Below, in pieces: positions 19,710-27,121 of a stretch of 59,336 nt of DNA. Under the pieces are notes generated by a model. It worked only from the letters and a program-made list of their open reading frames with translations, made no database searches and was not told where the DNA came from. Made by a program: the position numbers and the translations under genes. Source of the stretch: a virus (Duplodnaviria > Caudoviricetes); IMG/VR virus record IMGVR_UViG_3300023106_000003, positions 1 through 59,336 of that record; one strand, written 5' to 3'. The first letter of the stretch is position 1, and every line of letters starts with the position of its first letter.

Positions 19710-19845
19710 CTGCTCACTGATCGGCGAGACGCCGACGACCGACGATTACGATGTATTGCAAGACTGGGTGCAGGACATCCTGATACCTCGTTATATTGAC
19801 TGTGCCATCCGTCACCGCAAGACAGTGGACGCGTGGCCGAAGTAG
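19591..19845 (+). CDS. o-spanin (Rz1-like lipoprotein), overlapping the i-spanin 3' end
   Basis: MRHLLSCLTIAVLVLSGC lipobox, Pro-rich linker, DCAIRH motif. Confidence 0.8.
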   Translation: MRHLLSCLTIAVLVLSGCETLPKAPPKLTAPSLDQFLANDCSLIGETPTTDDYDVLQDWVQDILIPRYIDCAIRHRKTVDAWPK

Positions 19846-19858
19846 GCTATACTGCCTA

Positions 19859-19958
19859 GGCAAGAAGGTCACCAGCGCCATCATGGCTGACATTGTCAGT
19901 ACGGTGCAAGCTCCGCGAGGTTGAAACCCTCAATCGAAAGATAGCCTGATATCTTGCC
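19859..19958 (+). ncRNA. Candidate structured small RNA
   Basis: -10 TATACT at 19848-19853; closing stem ggcaaga/tcttgcc; internal hairpins gcca-tca-tggc, ctgac-att-gtcag, gagg..cctc and atc-GAAA-gat; terminator follows immediately. Confidence 0.45.
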
Positions 19959-19963
19959 CAACT

Positions 19964-19996
19964 AAAATCCCTGGCTTAGGCCGGGGATTTTTCTTT
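19964..19996. terminator. Bidirectional intrinsic terminator between convergent late and early arms
   Basis: aaaatccctggc-ttag-gccggggatttttcttt. Confidence 0.75.
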
Positions 19997-20500
19997 GGCG
20001 CGACGCTCCAGAAGTTCGGCGACCGCCTTTTCTGCACTTTCGCTGCAGTTACAAGACACAACGCCATTAGCGCGATAACGCTGGTTTTTCTTAGCGTGAT
20101 ACATCTCGACATCACGCCAGTATTCCATCTCGTCGCCCGGGTCGCCGACCAGTGCATACATCTCGGTCGCGACTTCAACAGGCGGACGCCCGAAGCCGGT
20201 GAAGCACATTGCGTTGTGGTACCAGTCGGACGGTATGCGATCATCCCAAATAAGGCCGGAACGAAGTTTTCCATAATCGCTATCCCATGACCAGACGTAG
20301 ACCTTGACCTTACCGTCATCCAGAAAACGACGGCATGCCATCTGAAGATTCTCCGACCAGAAATTGAGGATACGCGTACCGTCGCTCAGTGCGAAGTAAT
20401 TGCCGAACGGTAGCGGGAATGGGCTATCGGTATTGATGCCTACACATGATTGCATTCCCACTCGCGCAGGCAGCATTAAGATTTCAGGATTATTCATCAC
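19976..20500 (-). CDS. Hypothetical protein
   Basis: 174-aa ORF, last gene of a coupled leftward operon. Confidence 0.6.
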   Translation of the reverse strand: MMNNPEILMLPARVGMQSCVGINTDSPFPLPFGNYFALSDGTRILNFWSENLQMACRRFLDDGKVKVYVWSWDSDYGKLRSGLIWDDRIPSDWYHNAMCFTGFGRPPVEVATEMYALVGDPGDEMEYWRDVEMYHAKKNQRYRANGVVSCNCSESAEKAVAELLERRAKEKSPA

Positions 20501-20736
20501 GCTTCCTCTTCTTCGAAATTATTAGTGCTACTTTGGTTACAGCACCCAGCGCAAGACGCATCCTCTGCCGCCTTGTCGTACTTGCAGCCCAGCTCAAAGC
20601 GGCTCGTCACCTCAACGTAGACCGGCACGCGAACAGGTACGCCGCGATCCTCGTATGTTGGCGACCATCCGGCTTGTGCTGTGTACTTGCCGGTGAAGTC
20701 GCGAGGCGTGTTATAGCAGCCTGGGCGCGGCGTCAT
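20497..20736 (-). CDS. Hypothetical Cys-containing protein
   Basis: ATGA-coupled ORF with C..CAGC. Confidence 0.55.
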   Translation of the reverse strand: MTPRPGCYNTPRDFTGKYTAQAGWSPTYEDRGVPVRVPVYVEVTSRFELGCKYDKAAEDASCAGCCNQSSTNNFEEEEA

Positions 20737-21122
20737 TTTCTCTCCAAGAATTCGCGGATACGATGTTTTTCAGAATCAAATATACCGCCGCCGTCGCATT
20801 CCTGAAGGATCTTAGCTATCTCTTGGAGCAACAATCGGGCGGCATCAAGTTCAACCTCTTTCTTTTTTGCGTAAGCGCTTAATTCCTTGGCTTTCCATCC
20901 TCCGTCAAAGTGATCTTGCGTCAATCCTTCGCATGCGTTCCAGCAAGCAGCGAGGCGGTGCGCATTTTTCAGTGCATCCTCTGCACTGACCTGATGCGAT
21001 ATTAAGCTACCATCCTTGCTTGTAAATATCTGCAGAGGACGGCACAAGGCCACTGCCTTATTCCCGTCCATAATGGTGGCACCCATGCTGTTTGCATCTG
21101 TTCCTATAACGGTAAGCATCAC
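20733..21122 (-). CDS. Hypothetical phage protein
   Basis: NAHRLAACWNACEGL motif common in phage accessory proteins; RBS aggagga. Confidence 0.65.
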   Translation of the reverse strand: MMLTVIGTDANSMGATIMDGNKAVALCRPLQIFTSKDGSLISHQVSAEDALKNAHRLAACWNACEGLTQDHFDGGWKAKELSAYAKKKEVELDAARLLLQEIAKILQECDGGGIFDSEKHRIREFLERK

Positions 21123-21442
21123 TCCTCCTTTTTGCCGGCAGCGGCAAGCAATTCAGCTAAGTGCTCACGCGCGCCGTCTTCGTTGACCTCGGCGCACCAA
21201 GCACGATGCTCTGCAACTGTGAGCGCGGAACGAAGATCATCGATTTCAGCCTGAGCTAGTTCAACAGCTAAGTCGGCACATTCCCGCTTGCCACTCTTAC
21301 CCATGCGCTCCTGCCACGTTTCAATTGGGACGCAACCAGGAATAGCCTCCACCTTCACCGCCCACTCCACCAGCTCGCGCCAAGTAGCAGAGCAGACCAT
21401 CACGCCGGCGTCGAGGTCTCTTTTGATTTGGGCGATGTTCAT
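21119..21442 (-). CDS. Hypothetical protein
   Basis: Coupled ORF in the leftward operon. Confidence 0.6.
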   Translation of the reverse strand: MNIAQIKRDLDAGVMVCSATWRELVEWAVKVEAIPGCVPIETWQERMGKSGKRECADLAVELAQAEIDDLRSALTVAEHRAWCAEVNEDGAREHLAELLAAAGKKEE

Positions 21443-21780
21443 GGCCGCACTCCCGCGCCAGCCAGCGCAGCGTCGATCTGGTCGGTGAGCTTGCGGAAAT
21501 CGTTGCCGTTCATCGAGATATCCAGGTTGGAGCTGGCGAGTTTCAGCGCGGCGATTAAATCCTCATTAGGGCTAATGCCAGGAAATAAGCGCTGAAACTC
21601 TGCATCTTGAGTAGTGCGGTTATTAAGTGGATGTTCGTCATCCCACTCGCCAATGTCGGCAACTTGGATATCATGCACATTGCACATCAAGCCGCGCACG
21701 TTACCAAGCATCAGTTCAATCTGCTCCTTGCCGTAGTTCTCGAAATCCAGAACTAGAACCTCTACTTTGAATGCCTTCAT
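21439..21780 (-). CDS. Hypothetical phage protein
   Basis: DIGEWDDEHPLN motif; RBS aagga. Confidence 0.65.
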   Translation of the reverse strand: MKAFKVEVLVLDFENYGKEQIELMLGNVRGLMCNVHDIQVADIGEWDDEHPLNNRTTQDAEFQRLFPGISPNEDLIAALKLASSNLDISMNGNDFRKLTDQIDAALAGAGVRP

Positions 21781-21783
21781 GAT

Positions 21784-22164
21784 TTATTCCTTGGTTGCAG
21801 CGATAGCGGCGTCGATGATCTTGTAATCGAAGCCCCACCATTTATCGACCCGACGCGCTTTGTCGCACTCGGCCTGAACTTCTCGCGCGACCTTCTCGAG
21901 CATGGCGCGCAGATCCTTTTCACGCTCCGCATCTGTATCAGGTGTGATGGCTGGGGCAGCGGCAAGTTGCGCGGCTTGTTCATTCGTGAGCACAACGGTT
22001 TTATGTGTTTTTGCACAGTCAGAGCAGATCACTGCCCAGTCACCAAGATAGTCTAGCGCCATGTGGCCGCTCGGCAGAACCTCGCTGTACTCGTAGTTCA
22101 AGTTTGAGTCGTAAAAAACTTTTCCATTGCAGCAATCGCAAAGGCGGTAGTCAGCAGCAGCCAT
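21784..22164 (-). CDS. Zinc-finger-like hypothetical protein
   Basis: CDCC...CSDC; RBS aggag. Confidence 0.65.
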   Translation of the reverse strand: MAAADYRLCDCCNGKVFYDSNLNYEYSEVLPSGHMALDYLGDWAVICSDCAKTHKTVVLTNEQAAQLAAAPAITPDTDAEREKDLRAMLEKVAREVQAECDKARRVDKWWGFDYKIIDAAIAATKE

Positions 22165-22652
22165 TATTTTTCTCCTTGAGGGTTAAGGTACAGCGGGATA
22201 TCACCCGGGTCTCGTTGCTCAGCTTGTACTTCAACCGAAGAGTTGCTTGGCATATTCTGCGCCGAGCGAGCGATTTCCAGCGAGGTAAGGAGGCGAGGCC
22301 TAACCCAGGCAACAGGGCTTTTCCCCATTGCCCTCTTAGCTGCAAGATTATCTTTGACTTCTGCAAAGTCATCAAGGCTGGCCGCTACTACGGCTGGCTG
22401 CACCGCCTGATAATTGCGCCGCTCTACAGCGCTCCAGAATCGTGCGACAACTTCTGACTGCACCCCATCGCGCAGCACGCCCTCTGCTTGCTCATTCGCC
22501 TCGCCCACCGCAGCCAGGATAAACCGCAGCGACTCGCCGCTCAGGCGCTCCGACGTCAGCGCCGATTCCGACTGCGTGGCCGACCACTGTTCGATGTGCT
22601 GGGCCATCAGCGTAAAGAGTTCGGCGGCCTGTTGGTCTGTGAAGGCGGTCAC
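22164..22652 (-). CDS. Hypothetical mosaic accessory protein
   Basis: Coupled ORF; PVAW...IPLY motif typical of lambdoid accessory proteins. Confidence 0.55.
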   Translation of the reverse strand: MTAFTDQQAAELFTLMAQHIEQWSATQSESALTSERLSGESLRFILAAVGEANEQAEGVLRDGVQSEVVARFWSAVERRNYQAVQPAVVAASLDDFAEVKDNLAAKRAMGKSPVAWVRPRLLTSLEIARSAQNMPSNSSVEVQAEQRDPGDIPLYLNPQGEK

Positions 22653-22960
22653 GGCTTCTCCATTGGTACGTTTAAGCGCAGCATCTCGACGGCCTCATCC
22701 GGCCGCGCGCGAGTTTTTTGTACATTCCAGTTGATGTTCTGCCCCGGTTTATAGTCAGCATGTGCCAGTTCGATCATCTTGGCAAACGCCTCCTGGTGCT
22801 GGTCTTCGGCGAACCAGAAGCGATTGCACCAGTCATCCGATACAACCCATAGCGTTACCCAGCCGCTTTCCTTGATGGCCTTGGCGCGCGCCTTGGCGAG
22901 ATCAATCAAGCTCTCCAACTGGTCTTCGTCGCACTCTGCGATATAGTCTTGGTGGCTCAT
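22649..22960 (-). CDS. Hypothetical protein
   Basis: Coupled 103-aa ORF. Confidence 0.6.
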   Translation of the reverse strand: MSHQDYIAECDEDQLESLIDLAKARAKAIKESGWVTLWVVSDDWCNRFWFAEDQHQEAFAKMIELAHADYKPGQNINWNVQKTRARPDEAVEMLRLNVPMEKP

Positions 22961-23208
22961 TTCTCAAACCCTTTCGCCCAACTTGCAACCGATCCGCCTG
23001 ACTTCATCACATCATCGCCACGCGTTCTCGATATATCAGATTCGAAAACAAGGCAATTATCATAGACGATTTGTGCGATGCTAATCTGCCGGCAGTACTC
23101 GTTCTTCGGACGGCTTTTTTTAAAAGCCATCATTTCCACTGTTGCCAGACAGCAGTCTAGCAAGTAGGCCAATGCGTCTGGCGCTGTGCGGACATTTTCT
23201 TTTCTCAT
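22957..23208 (-). CDS. Hypothetical protein
   Basis: Coupled to rha by a TAATG overlap. Confidence 0.6.
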   Translation of the reverse strand: MRKENVRTAPDALAYLLDCCLATVEMMAFKKSRPKNEYCRQISIAQIVYDNCLVFESDISRTRGDDVMKSGGSVASWAKGFEK

Positions 23209-23870
23209 TACATGCCTCCGTGCAGTTTAGTGAGCGCCGCTTCCAGCATCGACTCGTGATAACTGTTGACCGAGCCGAAGCGCGGATCGCGTACCTTGTC
23301 GACGGCGATGCCTTTCTCCTTGCTCAGCTTAGCAGCGGCACGGCCCAGCACCGCAGCGTCGGTCAGGCCGAACGAGATACCGCGATGGACGCCAAAGCCG
23401 ATCACGGTGAAGTATGAGGCGCCGTCCTCGAATGCTGACTGCTTCGACTCGATGCGCTTGATGGCTTCTGCCTGGCTGGCGATTTGCGCAGCTTGGGCCG
23501 CTTGCTCCTTCTTGATAGCCTCGTTCTCGATCATGACGCCGATCAAAGCGCGCTTGTCCGCTGGAAGCCCTGCCAATGGGTCGGCTACTGCCGCCTCCAG
23601 TTCCTGCCAGCGGTCAACCAGACGCGCCGTAAATTCCGGCGACAGTTGCGCAACCACGACATAGCTGTCGCGCTTACCGATAAGGTAAAGAACTTCCACC
23701 GTGTTGTTCCCTGCTTTTTCTCCGTCCACACGGTGTGGTTGGCCGATTACGCCTTTACCAGCAAGGATATCGATGGTGCGCTTGACGCTATCGTGGCGCT
23801 TCTCGGTGAGGTCAGCCATTTCGCGGCTGGTCATGGTTTGGGGCGCGGCCCCGGTGGTGATGATGTTCAT
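23208..23870 (-). CDS. rha: Rha-family regulatory/antirepressor protein
   Basis: TMTSREMADLTEKRHDSVKRTI...RDSYVVVAQLSPEFTARLVDRWQELE (Rha domain) and C-terminal DPRFGSVNSY. Confidence 0.85.
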   Translation of the reverse strand: MNIITTGAAPQTMTSREMADLTEKRHDSVKRTIDILAGKGVIGQPHRVDGEKAGNNTVEVLYLIGKRDSYVVVAQLSPEFTARLVDRWQELEAAVADPLAGLPADKRALIGVMIENEAIKKEQAAQAAQIASQAEAIKRIESKQSAFEDGASYFTVIGFGVHRGISFGLTDAAVLGRAAAKLSKEKGIAVDKVRDPRFGSVNSYHESMLEAALTKLHGGM

Positions 23871-23888
23871 GCTGTCCTTAAACGAAAA

Positions 23889-23992
23889 AAGACATTTAAG
23901 CGCGATCCCGTATTTCTACGGGTTGCAGGAACTGGTATCAGCTACCAGCCATCGCGCTTAAATGTCTTCACTGAATTTTCTGCACCCTGCAA
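23889..23992 (-). ncRNA. C4-type antisense RNA element with upstream target site, preceding rha
   Basis: Perfect 18-bp stem (23889-23906/23951-23968) enclosing two hairpins, with a U-tract after it on the minus strand. Junction CCTGCAA is complementary to upstream TTGCAGG. -10 TAGAAT at 24004-24009. Confidence 0.65.
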
Positions 23993-24023
23993 GGCACATT
24001 GCCATTCTACATCAACTTCAAAT

Positions 24024-24044
24024 AAAAGAACCAGCGAGCGCTGG
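24024..24044 (-). terminator. Intrinsic terminator ending the ncRNA cluster
   Basis: Minus strand ccagc-gctc-gctgg-ttctttt. Confidence 0.5.
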
Positions 24045-24175
24045 CGAAAAAAGGATTGGGCTTTCACCAAATGCCGCTTGTTAGGGCAAGCGTCTTGCGC
24101 TGACGATGGGAGGATAGCGCAATCTCCCGGGAGGCTCCTGCTGTTTAGCCCCAGCAGGCACGGCATCATCTTCCG

Positions 24176-24342
24176 TGGTAGACGGGCTTCGAACTGGGTG
24201 GTGCCGCTCTGCCGCTGAGCGTACCTCCTAAGACTGCAAGGAGGACGGGATTCGAACCCGCGCCTGCACCATTGATGATAGGCGGCCAGTGATGAACCTC
24301 TGGCTTTGCTGAATTCATTGTCATGTCTTGGTACGTCTACCA
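24176..24342 (-). ncRNA. Y-RNA/YrlA-like RNA containing a circularly permuted tRNA mimic (core 24199-24271)
   Basis: Minus strand: tggtgc-aggc-gcggg TTCGAAT cccgt-cctcct[tgcagtctt]aggagg-tac-gctc AGCGGCA gagc-g-gcacca. This is T arm, loop-closed acceptor stem, then D arm, all inside the outer stem tggtagacg/cgtctacca. Confidence 0.65.
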
Positions 24343-24417
24343 ATAAACTCCGGTGTCATGGTGGCGCGCACCAAATATACCCCGCAGCACAAGATTTTGC
24401 GGATCATCACTCCGCAA

Positions 24418-24528
24418 CGCCTAACAGATAAACTATGGAACTGACTTGAACAGTCAATCGAGGCCACCGAGCCAAGACATCCACCTGGAACCGCATGTAT
24501 GTCTGCGGCATAGTCTATCTGTTAGGCG
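24418..24528 (-). ncRNA. Structured element closed by a 20-bp inverted repeat
   Basis: cgcctaacagataaactatg / catagtctatctgttaggcg match at 19/20, and the mismatch is a G-U pair on the minus strand. Contains internal hairpins. Confidence 0.5.
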
Positions 24529-24785
24529 ACTGGGCTTCCACCAGTCCCGAGCTTTCGCTCTGGTATTCTAACGCTTCAGTATCTCGGCTTAGATTCCAGC
24601 GGATTGACCCACCTAAGGAATCGCGAAGCATCAAGAGGCGGCACATTGAATCGTGCAAGAGACCTCTAGCCGCTTTAGTCCGGCTAGTCTGCCGCCCATA
24701 TCCCTGAGCGCTACTGCGGTTTGGCTAAGCTGCACTGGTTGATCTAGGGCCGGTTCCCCAGCCCATCCAGCATTTGCTCTGCCCA

Positions 24786-24918
24786 TGGTGGCCGGTCGCT
24801 ACCCCGGCATAGCACTGTCTGACGTGCTCCACAAACCAAGCGCACGAACCTGGAAGCGCTTGGCTACACAACCTGATTTCCAGTCTTGGGCACCGATTTC
24901 AACTTTGCCCATTCACCA
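24786..24918 (-). ncRNA. tRNA-like (acceptor + T-arm-like) multi-hairpin RNA ending in ACCA
   Basis: Minus strand tggtg...[gggca/tgccc, agccaagcgc/gcgcttggtt, agcac/gtgct hairpins]...gccgg-ggtagcga-ccggc-cacca; begins just after the promoter. Confidence 0.55.
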
Positions 24919-24928
24919 CAGAAACTTC

Positions 24929-24957
24929 ATACTATCCAATCCACACCATGCCGTCAA
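24929..24957 (-). promoter_or_regulatory. Sigma70-type promoter driving the ncRNA cluster
   Basis: Minus strand TTGACG-17 nt-TAGTAT. Confidence 0.65.
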
Positions 24958-24982
24958 ACAATAGATGCGCGGTGTGGCGCGG

Positions 24983-25330
24983 TTACGACGCCTTGGCTTT
25001 CGACTTGGCGGTGACGACGACTGGTTCGGCAACCTTGTCCGCTTCAGCCGTCTTCTCGACGCCGAGCTGATACGGCATCCAGACGGCGTAGCCGCCACCT
25101 TCGGCCGGTGTGACGTCGCCGTACAGCGCGATCTTGGCTTTCGGGAAGTGCTGCCCGAAGATGTCGACCACCAGCACGTTGATGGTGTGCTCGTCGTGGA
25201 CGGCGATGATGGTGGCGTCCAGCGGGTCGGCGACGCCATCCTTCACCAGCACTTGCATGGCGACTGGATTGGTCAGGTCGCTATCGCTGGGGATGTAGTA
25301 CAGCTTGCGGCCTACGGTTGGTACTGGCAT
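24983..25330 (-). CDS. Conserved hypothetical phage protein
   Basis: PTVGRKLYY...A.I..V....INVLV.D...W.P pattern; RBS aaggag. Confidence 0.7.
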   Translation of the reverse strand: MPVPTVGRKLYYIPSDSDLTNPVAMQVLVKDGVADPLDATIIAVHDEHTINVLVVDIFGQHFPKAKIALYGDVTPAEGGGYAVWMPYQLGVEKTAEADKVAEPVVVTAKSKAKAS

Positions 25331-25376
25331 ATTGGCTCCTTGAGTTGCCTCCCTTGGCGCGGGGAGGCTGCGCGTT

Positions 25377-26270
25377 TTACTTGTCCATCTTCAGGAACGG
25401 CATCGGTGCGCCTGAGTACATATTGGTCGGCAGCGCACCATTCCAGCGCTTAGCCTTGATTTCCTCAACCTCGATGCGGCGCAGTTCCAGCACGTCTTTA
25501 TTCTGCGCCAGCGCAGCGTTTTGGATCTTCAGTGCTTCAGCCTGGGCCTTGGCGATGGTCAGGTCAGCATAGGCTTGGCCGTCAGCTTTGGCCGATAGTG
25601 CGCGCGCCTCAGCTTCGGCAACAGCGACTTTCTGCTTCTGCTCTGACTCAACCGTCTTGAGTTTGTTTTCGGCACCAAGGCGCAACTGCTCTTGCGTTAC
25701 CTTCTCGTTGATGGCCTTCATATACTCCGGTCCGAACGAGAAGTTGCGCATGTCGATGTTGATAACCTGTGCTCCGTACTGCGCCAGCTTCTGACGCAAT
25801 GCCGTGCTGATGTCGGAAGATACTTGCGACCGCTTGCTAATCAAGTCCGGCGCCGTGTAGCGAGCCGTCACAGCCTTGAACACTTCAGCAGCCGCCGTCT
25901 GCACGTAGCTCGAAAGATTACCATCATGGCTGTACTTCTCGTAGACCTCAGAGACTCGATCAATGGCAATCGAGTAACGCACCGTCATACTGACCTTCAC
26001 AGGCTGAGTGTCTGCCGTGCTGCCGTCTGCATTTTCGATAGTCGCTTCCTCGGCGCGAATACTGAAGACAGAAAGCTTCTGCCACGGCGGAACGAATACC
26101 AGACCTTCCTGCTCGACGCCCTTGATAGCGCCAAACTGCGTGATGACGCCACGATTCCCGGTAGGCACGCTACTGAAAGGCCACAGCCACAGAACCATGA
26201 TAAACCCGACTACTCCGATGATGCTATTGCGAATGGTCTTACCGTTCAAACTAATCCCTTGGGTATTCAT
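25377..26270 (-). CDS. SPFH/band-7/prohibitin family membrane protein
   Basis: Start at ATG 26270 (RBS aaaggag). TM anchor, VPTGNRGVITQFG, SPFH core, coiled coil and KRWNGALP. Confidence 0.9.
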   Translation of the reverse strand: MNTQGISLNGKTIRNSIIGVVGFIMVLWLWPFSSVPTGNRGVITQFGAIKGVEQEGLVFVPPWQKLSVFSIRAEEATIENADGSTADTQPVKVSMTVRYSIAIDRVSEVYEKYSHDGNLSSYVQTAAAEVFKAVTARYTAPDLISKRSQVSSDISTALRQKLAQYGAQVINIDMRNFSFGPEYMKAINEKVTQEQLRLGAENKLKTVESEQKQKVAVAEAEARALSAKADGQAYADLTIAKAQAEALKIQNAALAQNKDVLELRRIEVEEIKAKRWNGALPTNMYSGAPMPFLKMDK

Positions 26271-26314
26271 TATTTCTCCTTTGGTGCCGCACTGATCGTG
26301 GCGCGGCTTCACGT

Positions 26315-26785
26315 TTAATCGTGGACGCTTGCAACGTTGACGCGGTGCGACAGCCGGCGACACACTTCCTCAGCAGCACGCGCAACGTCGATGTAGCGGC
26401 AGCACGTCACCTGTGCATCATGGCTGGACATAGCCGCGTTCATGGTCTGCAACTCGTCGCCGGTGAACAGGTAGCGCTGCGTTTTCTTGGCGCGCAGCAC
26501 ACAGGCCAGCATGACGTCACGTGCTGCTTTGAATTCCTCCACGTACTCGTTTCCTATGCCTTGTTCACACATGACGAGAGCCATGTTTATTGCTCCGTTC
26601 ACGCGATTCCAAAAATCGGGATTGCCTCGACCCTGCGCTATTGCTGCCATCGCCTGGTGGTTCTTGATGAGCGTTGACTGCAGGCTTTCCACATGCTGGT
26701 CGCTCATGCCGCCGAAAAAGGTCACGGCTGGGTTGCGCGCGACGTACTTCGGGCCTTGGTATTTTTTGTTACGCGGCTTCTTCAT
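26315..26785 (-). CDS. Conserved hypothetical phage protein
   Basis: MKKPRNKKY...FTGDELQTM...HDAQ pattern. Confidence 0.65.
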   Translation of the reverse strand: MKKPRNKKYQGPKYVARNPAVTFFGGMSDQHVESLQSTLIKNHQAMAAIAQGRGNPDFWNRVNGAINMALVMCEQGIGNEYVEEFKAARDVMLACVLRAKKTQRYLFTGDELQTMNAAMSSHDAQVTCCRYIDVARAAEEVCRRLSHRVNVASVHD

Positions 26786-26788
26786 CGC

Positions 26789-27121
26789 CTATCCTATCGA
26801 CTTGATTTTGCCACGCGCCGCATCCAGCTCAGCGTAGCGCTCCAGCTTTGCCCGGTCGAGCTTGAGCGGCTTGAACTCGCGGACGTTGCGCAGTTCTTCC
26901 TCGGCCTGTAGCCTGGCAGCAGTCGGAACCCAGTAGCGAACATTGCGCACGCCCTGAGTGCTGCGTATCGCCATGCTGCCGCCGAGTTCTGACAGCACCG
27001 GGCGAAGGCTCGCTTGCCCGAACTTCGTCGCGGTGGAGAGTGCAGCCAGCGTAAGCCCGTCCTCGCCGGCGGCTGCCAGTAGTTCAAGGATGTCGCGGCG
27101 GATGTCGGATGTGGTGGTCAT
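26789..27121 (-). CDS. Winged-HTH DNA-binding protein
   Basis: ILELLAAAGEDGLTLAALS...SLRPVLSEL. Confidence 0.55.
   Translation of the reverse strand: MTTTSDIRRDILELLAAAGEDGLTLAALSTATKFGQASLRPVLSELGGSMAIRSTQGVRNVRYWVPTAARLQAEEELRNVREFKPLKLDRAKLERYAELDAARGKIKSIG

Noticed and set aside
24199-24271. Canonical tRNA or two-piece tmRNA gene
   Set aside because: The T arm precedes the D arm, there is no anticodon loop and the acceptor stem is loop-closed. A full D stem is present, and I see no G3-U70 pair or tag reading frame, which argues against tmRNA.
23942-24343. 133-aa minus-strand ORF (and 24495-24707 plus) across the ncRNA region
   Set aside because: No clear RBS, atypical composition, and they run through terminator, promoter and tRNA-like structures. 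RNA-level features explain the sequence better.
24418-24528. Retron msr/msd (a1/a2 inverted repeats)
   Set aside because: No reverse transcriptase ORF (YADD-type motif in an RT context) is recognisable anywhere in the genome.
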